This document shows positions 1 to 8,643 of a stretch of DNA of 64,000 nucleotides, piece after piece (positions within the stretch are counted from its first letter, which is position 1; every line of letters starts with the position of its first letter). The notes beneath the pieces were generated by a model. It did not search any database. It was not told the DNA's origin and saw only the letters and a list, made by a program, of their open reading frames with translations. The stretch covers positions 1 through 64,000 of IMG/VR virus record IMGVR_UViG_3300042502_000941. The stretch is one strand, 5' to 3'. The stretch is from a virus. The position numbers were made by a program, and so were the translations under genes.

Positions 1-402
1 CCGCTGGTACCACTAGATCCGCTTGTACCACTAGTTCCACTTTCGCCACTTGTACCACTTGTACCACTTGTACCACTAGATCCGCTAGATCCACTACTAC
101 CACTACTTCCACTTGTACCACTGGATCCACTTGTACCACTAGATCCACTAGTTCCATTTGTACCACTTGTTCCGTTAGTTCCGTTAGTTCCGCTCGTTCC
201 GCTAAATCCACTCGTTCCGCTAGTACCACTTGATCCAGATGAACCTTTTTCACCACTACTACCACTAGTAGCACTAGTACCACTTAATGCGCTTTCGCCA
301 CTAGTTCCGCTAGTACCGCTTGTTCCGCTTGTTCCGCTTGTTCCGTTAGATCCACTTTGACCGCTACTACCACTTGTGCCTGTGCCAGATATACCACTTG
401 TA
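1..402 (-). repeat. Degenerate 9-nt tandem repeat encoding (G-T/S-S)n
   Basis: Recurring accactagt / accacttgt / tccgcttgt units on the + strand, giving Gly at every third residue on the - strand. Confidence 0.9.
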
Positions 403-791
403 CTTACATTACTACCTATAGCAAAAACATAACCACATGCAGGAAATGAGAATTTTATTGTGGCTGTGTTTTTATTGTTTAAAGTTATGCTTTCAGGTAT
501 TATTTGATTTAAATCTTGATCATATACAATGAACAATACAAATTCCGAATTTAAATTATGATTATATACCCATGTATCTGTTTTTGAATCACATGGAAAT
601 TCTTGTATAGACTGTGTATTTTTTTGTAAATTGGCATTACAATTAATAATAACACGTAATTCTTCGATTATTTTAAGAAACAGTGGTGTAGTAGGATCTT
701 TAAAAGTCGCTGTTAATTTTTTGTAGTCATACAAAGCATTGTCCAATTTTAATGGAGAAACTTCACATGGATCTTTCTTCAATGTTGACAT
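1..791 (-). CDS. Virion fibre-like protein with long collagen-like (Gly-Thr/Ser-Ser)n tract; partial, runs off the window start
   Basis: Not in the ORF track; translated by hand from ATG at 791: MSTLKKDPCEVSPLKLDNALYDYKK...TWVYNHNLNSEFVLFIVYDQDLNQIIPESITLNNKNTATIKFSFPACGYVFAIG, then SGISGTGTSGSSGQSGSNGTSGTSGTSG... with no stop seen. The TATTTATT motif lies 4 nt upstream of the ATG. Confidence 0.85.
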   Translation of the reverse strand, partial: MSTLKKDPCEVSPLKLDNALYDYKKLTATFKDPTTPLFLKIIEELRVIINCNANLQKNTQSIQEFPCDSKTDTWVYNHNLNSEFVLFIVYDQDLNQIIPESITLNNKNTATIKFSFPACGYVFAIGSNVSTSGISGTGTSGSSGQSGSNGTSGTSGTSGTSGTSGESALSGTSATSGSSGEKGSSGSSGTSGTSGFSGTSGTNGTNGTSGTNGTSGSSGTSGSSGTSGSSGSSGSSGSSGTSGTSGTSGESGTSGTSGSSGTS

Positions 792-795
792 TTTT

Positions 796-803
796 AATAA
801 ATA
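796..803 (-). promoter_or_regulatory. Putative phage late promoter TATTTATT
   Basis: + strand aataaata; 4 nt upstream of the ATG at 791, the same spacing as other copies. Confidence 0.55.
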
Positions 804-862
804 TAAAGAAAACCATTAAGCAATACCAACAAAATGTATAAAAATTGAAATACTAATTATTA

Positions 863-2251
863 TTAATTAAATAGAGTAATTGGTATTCGTCTCCATTGTG
901 ATGTGCTATAAATATAAAAATAATTACCATCATAACTTACCCATCCATCTTCTCCATAATCAGATGACTGATATGGCACTTGATGATAGAATTTATCAGG
1001 AAATCTTTGAAATATTCTGAAAGCTGTATTTATAGGTCTTTTATTAGCTGTAGTGTATACAGGATTACCATTACAGTCATATCCACTTATATATGTTTGA
1101 CTACTATAATCATAGTCAAATGTAGCAATTTCTCTTTTTAACCACCCAGATGGATATTGATATACGTAAATATACTTACTGTCATATGCTAACCATCCAT
1201 TTTCACCATAATCAGTAATAGATTTAGGTGCTGGGTGAAATGGCGTATTTACTATATTTTGATAATTTGACGGTATTTTGTTATAACCATCTAAATTGGT
1301 TACTTCATTTGGCTTTAATGCCATTGTACCTTGACCAGTTACATCGGTATAATCCAATGGACTGTCTTTTAGATTGCTATTGTTTTTAATAATATTAGTT
1401 GTAATTGTGCCCATTTCACTCGCACTAGCAACAGCATTTTCTTGCATCATTACTTTTCTTACGGTAAATAGCTTTTGGGTAGTATTTTTTACCCCGTTTA
1501 AATTTGTTATATAATTTTCATTTAACAAGTAAGCGTTGACATTTATATCGAACGTTGTTTTGATATTACGATCTTCGCCGTCGTTAACTTCTTGTTCGAT
1601 GCTATAACTGTCTATCCTAGCTCTAAATTTAAATCTCTCAGCGTCACCCCAGTAGTCTTTAGCTGCGTAGTTTATTTGTTCCAGTAACTTATTATTTTGA
1701 TCTACATAATCAGTCCAAATGATGCATTCGTATGTTATATTTACGTGAACTGGTAAACTTACGCTATAAATTTGTTTGGTTGGTTTGCTAGTAAAAACAC
1801 CTTTATTCATTAGATCAAAACGATCATACTTGTTTTTTTCACTATAATTCATTATAGTTTCGTAGTTTAGATAACGATTAAACGTGGCAAGTTCTTTGTT
1901 ATTTTCAACACTTTTTCTACGAAACATTATGGCTGGCAACAATATTTTGCCTTGATTATCTCTAATATGACCAAACTTTTTCATAGCAAACCATCTTTCA
2001 GGATTGCCATATATAACTGGTACTTTTACAACTTCACCATTATCATTAACTTGAAGTCTGAGTGTATCATTCAAAGTATTAATAATAGCTGTATCAATAT
2101 CTAATAAAGTAACCGTGAAATTTTTCTGTTTATCAGTATCACGGCGAGTTGCATTGGCTCTATTATAAAGCTTTTTACTATCTGATTGAGCTGATGCGTT
2201 TTCAATCGGATTTGGCGGTGGATTTACATTAGTATTTGGACCCCATGCCAT
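863..2251 (-). CDS. Tail completion / sheath terminator protein (T4 gp15-like) with C-terminal repeat extension
   Basis: KVPVIYGNPERW...LPAIMF...PVHVNITYECIIWT...NKLLEQI resembles gp15-family proteins; it follows the two neck genes; two ~42-aa repeats at the C-terminus. Confidence 0.6.
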   Translation of the reverse strand: MAWGPNTNVNPPPNPIENASAQSDSKKLYNRANATRRDTDKQKNFTVTLLDIDTAIINTLNDTLRLQVNDNGEVVKVPVIYGNPERWFAMKKFGHIRDNQGKILLPAIMFRRKSVENNKELATFNRYLNYETIMNYSEKNKYDRFDLMNKGVFTSKPTKQIYSVSLPVHVNITYECIIWTDYVDQNNKLLEQINYAAKDYWGDAERFKFRARIDSYSIEQEVNDGEDRNIKTTFDINVNAYLLNENYITNLNGVKNTTQKLFTVRKVMMQENAVASASEMGTITTNIIKNNSNLKDSPLDYTDVTGQGTMALKPNEVTNLDGYNKIPSNYQNIVNTPFHPAPKSITDYGENGWLAYDSKYIYVYQYPSGWLKREIATFDYDYSSQTYISGYDCNGNPVYTTANKRPINTAFRIFQRFPDKFYHQVPYQSSDYGEDGWVSYDGNYFYIYSTSQWRRIPITLFN

Positions 2252-2254
2252 AAA

Positions 2255-2824
2255 TTATGTTTGTCTTTCTACGAGGTTAAGTTTGCTTAGTCTTGTGTAA
2301 TGAGTATTAACAATTAAACTCAAAGACTTGTCTGGATGACCACCCGCAAATTGTTCTTGGATAACATTATCAATTTCGTAATAACGTTGATTGTACAAAA
2401 CCAAATCGCCAATTTCTGGAAAATAGTTGGTGGTAATACAATCACGTTCTCTGAATCTATAAACAATGTCTTGTTTTCTATCAGGTCCATAACCTTGATT
2501 TTCAGTATTAATATCTTCACGTTGAACAAGACAACTCAAATCAATACCCGAATAGAACACCTTTCCTTTGTCACTGCTACTTTCACCATAAATATTGGTA
2601 TTGGTTTCATAAGCAGCAATCTTAAATACTTGAACAACACATTCAATTATATCACCTATTAATTCAGAACTAACGCTGTTCAAGAAGTTTAAGTCTCTTG
2701 AAGAAAAATATCTACCAGGTGAATAGTTGTTATTATAAATACCAACATCTGTGCGAGTTGATGTCCAATATTCTTTAAATTTTGGATCCGTTTTTGGATA
2801 CTGTGGAGATACAGGTGCAGCCAT
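2255..2824 (-). CDS. Neck / head-completion protein (T4 gp14-like)
   Basis: TNIYGES, FPEIGDLVLYNQRYYEIDNV motif; position between the gp13-like and gp15-like genes. Confidence 0.6.
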   Translation of the reverse strand: MAAPVSPQYPKTDPKFKEYWTSTRTDVGIYNNNYSPGRYFSSRDLNFLNSVSSELIGDIIECVVQVFKIAAYETNTNIYGESSSDKGKVFYSGIDLSCLVQREDINTENQGYGPDRKQDIVYRFRERDCITTNYFPEIGDLVLYNQRYYEIDNVIQEQFAGGHPDKSLSLIVNTHYTRLSKLNLVERQT

Positions 2825-2829
2825 ATGTT

Positions 2830-4053
2830 TTATCCTATATAAATATGTAAAGGTACACGGGACAACATCTTATTCATTTCTTCACTTTCTTTTCCTTTAT
2901 TTTCTAATTGATTAACACGAAGTGTCTTTTCCAACATATCTCTTAGTTTTTCAAGCAATGAATCTTTTTCTTCTTTGGCTTCGGATCGTAATTCAGCGCC
3001 ATCAAGAGTTACTTCTCCACCAGGAATTGGTACTGTACTATATTTTTGAAGAATCCGACCCAATGTTTCCTTACACAACGCTAAGAAATATTTTTTAATC
3101 CACTGTTTACCAGGCTGATTAATTTTACAATATGTGCAGTATTCGTATGGAATATCACTGGGGTCACTAATATATTCATAACGAGATCCACTATAAAAGT
3201 TGGTAATATCACGTTCACTTTCAACGATGTAATCTATATATACCTTGAAATTTTCAGATGGTATTGGAAATATTCTCAACTTGTTATTACCTAAAATTTC
3301 AAAACTATAAGCGCTTTTACGAACCATATCATTGAATTCAATGGCCTGTACACGTTCCAAATCTTCAAAAATAGGAGTCATCAAGAATTGTGTAGCAGGA
3401 CTATAAGCCCCAAATCCCATTTCACCGAGTACGTTACTGTAACTCATTCCTGTCATACTAAATGGATCGTATATACGAGCAATTGCTGGGGGTCTATTAT
3501 GAAATATTCTTTTTACTTCAATTCGTGACCCAGTTAAATGTTCAATGTCTCGACCAATTAAGGTATTCAAGTCATAAACCTGATGTGTTTTGCCAGGGTT
3601 GATACTACCACTAATAGTTACATAGTTACGCTTAACTTCATATTCACCGCCAACAAGTGCTTCGGCTCCATATTGTTTGCTCAGTTGAACTATAAAAGGT
3701 AAACCAGTACTCTTTACGCCCATCCCCGTTAAATTTTTATATTTATTTTGAGGCAATCCCTGTAAATCAACCATGTTGTTAACAATATTAAATTCATTAA
3801 CTACACGGTTATATTCTAGTACAGATTCTTCAAAACATGCGTAGAAATTAACGTCGATCATTTCAATATCAACGATTGGATACCCCAACCGTTTTGCTGC
3901 CCACATCGCACTGCTACTACAATCATTTGCAAATGTGGTTTCAGCTCCAACGCAACTTTCGTTTAGATAATAGCCAAATGGCACAGTGTTTATATTAACA
4001 CTACTACCACTCCCGGGCCATCTTACCCTATCTTGGTCCAAATTAGCACTCAT
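2830..4053 (-). CDS. Neck protein (T4 gp13-like head-tail adaptor)
   Basis: AKRLGYPIVDIE and QWIKKYFLALCKETLGRILQKYSTVPIPGGEVTLDGAELRSEAKEE are typical of gp13-like neck proteins. Confidence 0.75.
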   Translation of the reverse strand: MSANLDQDRVRWPGSGSSVNINTVPFGYYLNESCVGAETTFANDCSSSAMWAAKRLGYPIVDIEMIDVNFYACFEESVLEYNRVVNEFNIVNNMVDLQGLPQNKYKNLTGMGVKSTGLPFIVQLSKQYGAEALVGGEYEVKRNYVTISGSINPGKTHQVYDLNTLIGRDIEHLTGSRIEVKRIFHNRPPAIARIYDPFSMTGMSYSNVLGEMGFGAYSPATQFLMTPIFEDLERVQAIEFNDMVRKSAYSFEILGNNKLRIFPIPSENFKVYIDYIVESERDITNFYSGSRYEYISDPSDIPYEYCTYCKINQPGKQWIKKYFLALCKETLGRILQKYSTVPIPGGEVTLDGAELRSEAKEEKDSLLEKLRDMLEKTLRVNQLENKGKESEEMNKMLSRVPLHIYIG

Positions 4054-4057
4054 TGAT

Positions 4058-4065
4058 TATAAATA
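4058..4065 (-). promoter_or_regulatory. Putative phage late promoter TATTTATA
   Basis: + strand tataaata, 4 nt upstream of the ATG at 4053. Confidence 0.6.
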
Positions 4066-4092
4066 TCTCTGGAGTGAGATAATACAACTAAA

Positions 4093-5322
4093 TTAGTGGA
4101 TTAATAACCAAGTACCCACTACATCTGCTCTATTTGCACTATCGTCGCCGTCACCTGGTTTAACTATAACATTCCACTTTGGTTTATCTCCCACAGGAAT
4201 TTTCATCATTTCATCGTAGGTAATGACACTGTCTTCAGAAACATTATACTTTAATGCTAACTTTTTCTTTAAAATATCAATAGCGGATGGGGATTTATAA
4301 ACCAACTTTTTAATTGTTTTATTTGGCTTATCTGGATCTGGTACTTCTTCTCTATCAACTAAATCAGCAAACATTTGCTTTGGTACTACAGTTGAATGTT
4401 TAGTTGTTTTAAAATCGACTTGTTTTTCTTGATCAGGTTTTGCACCCGCACTAAAATTCATCTTGAAATTGACTGGTTTATCACCTTTAGCCACATCTGC
4501 CATTTTAGTATAAGCATAAAAGTCTACGTTGGGAAATGTTTTTGCAACACTATATGCTAGGTTTACATAATCAGGACTAAAGAAATCGCCTGAATCATGC
4601 CATCTAATCACAGTTTTTACATTTTTCTTTGAATTTTTTTCAACTGCTGCACGAATTTCGTTTGATAACATATTTTTATAACCATCCGGATCGTTCAACA
4701 AAAAGTTAAGTTGTCTTGTTTGCGATGTGTTAACTGGTACATATTGTACATAACCGCCTTTTTTAGCATAACAATAAACTTTGCATGCACCTGCGCCTGG
4801 ACACGTATTTATGATAACAAATTTTTGATTCTTTTCGTCATAACCAAGTCCTTGTAAAGCTGGCAATCCTATATTATAAAACTGAGTACTTTCACCGCCA
4901 CTGTGTGAAATTTTTTCATTTTGTTTTAAAATCTTATCAGGACGTGTGGTGATATGGGTTTTTAGTTTGTTTAAATCAAACCTACGGCCACTTGGATCTA
5001 CAATTTGTATCTCTCTGGCAAGCTTTGGATGTACATATGGATACTTGAATTTATCAGTTGGATCTTTTGTAGTAGTATACTTTTGTTTACCTTTTTTATC
5101 CAATTTAGGCAATCCAGTTTTCTTATAAACTGCAGGTTGACCGGCCGATCTGTCTAAATATCCTTGTAATTCATCGGATGGCAATTCTGTGGTGCCAGCG
5201 CCTAACATATCAGCTTCGTCTAATTCTTGTGCAACAAATGAATCTAATGACTGTACAGCCGATGCTGGTAATCCTAGACTTTCATACATTTTAACTTCGG
5301 TTAGCAAATCGATTAATTTCAT
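4093..5322 (-). CDS. GP88-like phage protein (Cys-triad, radical-SAM-like fold)
   Basis: TCPGAGACKVYCYAKKG, IRWHDSGDFFS and FYAYTK match the gene product 88 family. Start placed at ATG 5322 (MKLIDLLTE) rather than TTG 5349. Confidence 0.7.
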   Translation of the reverse strand: MKLIDLLTEVKMYESLGLPASAVQSLDSFVAQELDEADMLGAGTTELPSDELQGYLDRSAGQPAVYKKTGLPKLDKKGKQKYTTTKDPTDKFKYPYVHPKLAREIQIVDPSGRRFDLNKLKTHITTRPDKILKQNEKISHSGGESTQFYNIGLPALQGLGYDEKNQKFVIINTCPGAGACKVYCYAKKGGYVQYVPVNTSQTRQLNFLLNDPDGYKNMLSNEIRAAVEKNSKKNVKTVIRWHDSGDFFSPDYVNLAYSVAKTFPNVDFYAYTKMADVAKGDKPVNFKMNFSAGAKPDQEKQVDFKTTKHSTVVPKQMFADLVDREEVPDPDKPNKTIKKLVYKSPSAIDILKKKLALKYNVSEDSVITYDEMMKIPVGDKPKWNVIVKPGDGDDSANRADVVGTWLLIH

Positions 5323-5390
5323 ATGTGTTTTGTTATTCTTACTTTTCAACTGCCGTTACCTTTTATTACACGGTTATACTTTTCTTTGAG

Positions 5391-5428
5391 TATAAATATC
5401 AGTTTTATTATAAAAAGTAATATTTATA
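5391..5428. promoter_or_regulatory. Divergent pair of putative late promoters (TATTTATA on - at 5391-5398 and on + at 5421-5428)
   Basis: Two back-to-back copies between divergent genes; the + copy lies 4 nt upstream of ATG 5433. Confidence 0.6.
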
Positions 5429-5432
5429 TTAT

Positions 5433-6398
5433 ATGAACTTTAAAAAGCAACTGTTTTATACTATTGTAATTTTGATATTAACTGGATGTATTTCATCAGA
5501 GGTTAAATCAGCAAAGCAAGTTAGTGTGGCACAAGATGCCGTTGCAAAACAAGAAGCCAAAGTAGACAATACAATGGTAGAATTGGAAAAAGTAGAAAAA
5601 GGTAAAATAGTACAAACTTCTTCTTTATCAATTGGTATTCAACATTCGTTAAGTCAAGTAACTAATGCGCCTATACAAGTAGAAACAGCTAAATCTTTGA
5701 ATGAACGAGTAATTTCTATCGTTGGTTCTCCACACATAGATGAAATTAAAAGAATTAAAGCTACAGTTGATCTGCTTAATTCTCAAGTAGCTGAAGAACG
5801 AAAAAAAGGTGATCAATTATTATCACAACGGGACGAAATCATAAACAAATTACAAAAAGAAAAGTCTGCTTTAAAAGAAAAGTATGATGATGAACTTTGG
5901 CAAATGACTGATAAAGCAAAAGAAATTGCAAAAGAAGCAGATCAAAGCAAGGCTACACTTGATACAATGAGTGGTATGTTTGGATTAAATGCTGTATTTT
6001 GGGGTTTAAAAAAGTTCTTTATTAGTGCTTTAACCGCAATTATCATATTTGTTGTAGTATTCGTTATACTTAGAATATTAGCAACAGTACATCCAGCAGC
6101 TGGTGCAGTATTTAGTATATTCAATATGATCGGATCCGGACTATTAAGTTTGGTAAAAGTATTAACTCCACATGCATTTGAAATATCTAACTTTGCTTCA
6201 AAAGACAAAGTTGATGAATATAAGTCCCCACTTACTAAGATAGTTGATGTAATTCAAGAACTCAAAGAAAAGCAAAAAGAATCTCCTGACAGAGTATATC
6301 CATTGACCGAAGTGTTAAAGAGATTTGACAAAGAAATGGACAACTCTGAAAAAGATTTGATTGATGATATCTTGAAAGAACAAAAGTGGACGAAGTGA
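5433..6398 (+). CDS. Lipoprotein with long coiled coil and C-terminal transmembrane segment(s); spanin-like topology
   Basis: MNFKK + hydrophobic stretch + lipobox LTGC (Cys19); helical E/K/Q-rich region to about aa 180; hydrophobic FFISALTAIIIFVVVFVILRILA followed by an amphipathic helix. Confidence 0.55.
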   Translation: MNFKKQLFYTIVILILTGCISSEVKSAKQVSVAQDAVAKQEAKVDNTMVELEKVEKGKIVQTSSLSIGIQHSLSQVTNAPIQVETAKSLNERVISIVGSPHIDEIKRIKATVDLLNSQVAEERKKGDQLLSQRDEIINKLQKEKSALKEKYDDELWQMTDKAKEIAKEADQSKATLDTMSGMFGLNAVFWGLKKFFISALTAIIIFVVVFVILRILATVHPAAGAVFSIFNMIGSGLLSLVKVLTPHAFEISNFASKDKVDEYKSPLTKIVDVIQELKEKQKESPDRVYPLTEVLKRFDKEMDNSEKDLIDDILKEQKWTK

Positions 6399-6467
6399 GA
6401 TAATTAAATATATTTATTATATAATTGTTTTAGGTGTTAAACTCGTTTTAAATAACCAAAAACAAAT

Positions 6468-6857
6468 ATGGACACAAATACTGTACAAGTAATTTCAGAA
6501 AAAGTATTAGAATCAACAGCGCAAGATATGACAGGCAAATATGTCTGGATGTTCTTAGCCGGTTTAGTAATTCTAATATTCAAATCAAGCATTGAAAAGT
6601 TAGCAGCTGCGCTTTTTATGTTTATTGGATCCGATTATAAAGAAGATGACGTTGTATATGTTGATGGTAAACCAGGAAGAATTGTACGTGTAGGTTTAAC
6701 CAAAACGGTATTCTTTATATATGATGTAGTAGATGGTAAGGTTGTAGGTGGCAGTAAATTAGTTATTCAAAATGAAAGATTGGCCGGTCTAAATATAGAA
6801 AAACCACTACCTCAGTTGGATTTGGCTCGTTTCAAAAAAGAAAACAAACAAGACTAA
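6468..6857 (+). CDS. Small membrane protein with MscS-like beta domain
   Basis: TM segment YVWMFLAGLVILIF, then DYKEDDVVYVDGKPGRIVRVGLTKTVF, matching the MscS middle-domain pattern (GD.V.v.g..G.V..Igl..T); lacks the C-terminal cage domain. Confidence 0.55.
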   Translation: MDTNTVQVISEKVLESTAQDMTGKYVWMFLAGLVILIFKSSIEKLAAALFMFIGSDYKEDDVVYVDGKPGRIVRVGLTKTVFFIYDVVDGKVVGGSKLVIQNERLAGLNIEKPLPQLDLARFKKENKQD

Positions 6858-6864
6858 TTTACTT

Positions 6865-8643
6865 ATGGCAATCAATATTTTTACCCACATTAAACGAGGG
6901 TTGTATGATAACGTATACAATTGCATCGAAAAAGAAAAAATAGACGTTAATCAGAGAGATGACGATACCGGCAATCCACCATTGGTTGTTGCAGTAGAAG
7001 AAAATCAAATAGAAATAGTCAAATTGTTATTAAATCGTGGCGCCGATGTAAATGTAAAAGATTGGACAAGCAAAAATACTGCATTAGATATATCTGAACA
7101 AAAAGGGTTTAAACACATTTCAGAATTATTGCAAGGTCGAGGTGCAAAATATAGTAGTGGTAGCAGTTTTCATTTGGCTGCTAAGAATGGTGATATTGTT
7201 TCTATTGAAGAAATGTTGAGTAAAAAACAAGATATCAATGAAGTTGACGCTGGTAAAGGTTGGACAGCACTACACTATGCGGTTAATTATGGACAAAAAC
7301 ATTTGGTTGAATATTTAATTGTTAAAGGTGCTGATGTCAACAAGAAAGATTTCTTAGGTAAAAACAATCCAATAGATGTGTTATCCAATGTTAATAGAGG
7401 TGAAATTGTTAAGTTGTTAAATAAAAATGGCGCTAAATCTGCTGGTGGTGTTAATATTCATTTTTGTGCTGAAACCGGTGATTTTGAAGGTGTACAGTCA
7501 TTTTTTGATAAAGACGGTAAAATTAATGGTAGAGATGAAAAGAATGGATGGATGCCATTACATTACGCCGTTAATGCTAACGATGTTGATATGACGGAGT
7601 TTTTGGTACATTTGGGTGCAAATGTTAATGGTGCAGATTTTAAGGGAGAAATTGCTCCGTTAGACATTGCATTCAAGACAGGCAATGTAGAAATGCAAAG
7701 TTATTTACAAGCCAAAGGTGCTTTAAGAAAGAAGAAACACGATACGGGTGGTAATGGTAAAGATGTAAACATTTATATTACAGATGAAGTTAAGAAACAA
7801 ATTGCGTTATTCATTGAAAAACGCAATCGTGAAGAAGAAGCAATAAAGAAACTAGAAGCAGAACAGACTGCAAAAGAACCAAAAAAGAAAGATGCACCAA
7901 CAAAAAAGATTAACTGGAAAGACTTTTTAAAATTAAAGAATATGCCGGTTGTAGAAAAGAAAGAAGAACAACCAAAGGTTGAAGTACCAAAACCAGTTAA
8001 ACAAATAGTTCGTAAAGTTGACAAGATCGACGTGGAAGTCAAATCAGGACGATTACAATTAGATACTGAACAAGAAGGTTTCATATTCTTTATGGATATT
8101 GTGGCTTACAGTAAAAAAACCACAGATGAACAAAAGAAGGCTTGTAAAGACTTGGGTACACTAGTTAAATCTACAATGCAATATAAAACAGCTAATGCTC
8201 TTGAAAAGTTGATTATATTACCCACCGGAGATGGTATGGTAATGGGATTTTTCACGTATCTAGAAGATGCAATGAATTGTGCCGTTGCTATAGCTAAAGC
8301 AGTAAAAGATAGACCCGACTTACAAATGAGAATGGGTGTACACTGTGGACCTGTAATTCCAATGGAAGATATCAATGGAAATCTTAATATAAGCGGTGAT
8401 GGAATCAATTATGCTCAAAGAGTAATGGATGCGGGTGAAACAAATCATTTATTAGTTAGTTCAGCTGTAATGTTGAAATATGATAGACCAGCATACGTTT
8501 TGGTAAATGATTTGGGGGATGTAATTGTAAAACACGGTGTAATAATGCATTTGTACAGTTTACACGGTACCGAGTTTGGTAACAAAGAATTTCCATCAAG
8601 TAGAGTAAAAAAAGCAGAACCAACAACAAATAAACCATTATGA
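6865..8643 (+). CDS. Ankyrin-repeat protein fused to a class III nucleotidyl (adenylate/guanylate-type) cyclase
   Basis: Ankyrin repeats (GNPPLVVAV, GWTALHYAV, GWMPLHYAV, GADVN) to about aa 290. Cyclase motifs FMDIVAYS (D411), TGDG (D456), MRMGVHCGPV, GINYAQRV (N515, R519), VKHG. Confidence 0.9.
   Translation: MAINIFTHIKRGLYDNVYNCIEKEKIDVNQRDDDTGNPPLVVAVEENQIEIVKLLLNRGADVNVKDWTSKNTALDISEQKGFKHISELLQGRGAKYSSGSSFHLAAKNGDIVSIEEMLSKKQDINEVDAGKGWTALHYAVNYGQKHLVEYLIVKGADVNKKDFLGKNNPIDVLSNVNRGEIVKLLNKNGAKSAGGVNIHFCAETGDFEGVQSFFDKDGKINGRDEKNGWMPLHYAVNANDVDMTEFLVHLGANVNGADFKGEIAPLDIAFKTGNVEMQSYLQAKGALRKKKHDTGGNGKDVNIYITDEVKKQIALFIEKRNREEEAIKKLEAEQTAKEPKKKDAPTKKINWKDFLKLKNMPVVEKKEEQPKVEVPKPVKQIVRKVDKIDVEVKSGRLQLDTEQEGFIFFMDIVAYSKKTTDEQKKACKDLGTLVKSTMQYKTANALEKLIILPTGDGMVMGFFTYLEDAMNCAVAIAKAVKDRPDLQMRMGVHCGPVIPMEDINGNLNISGDGINYAQRVMDAGETNHLLVSSAVMLKYDRPAYVLVNDLGDVIVKHGVIMHLYSLHGTEFGNKEFPSSRVKKAEPTTNKPL

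Noticed and set aside
4043-4051. TTAGCACTC, a perfect CIRCE half-site
   Set aside because: There is no matching GAGTGCTAA 9 nt away, and it is simply the antisense of the first codons (MSAN) of the neck gene.
5323-5349. Track start (TTG 5349) for the GP88-like gene
   Set aside because: ATG 5322 gives MKLIDLLTE, matching the shared N-terminal tag of other genes.
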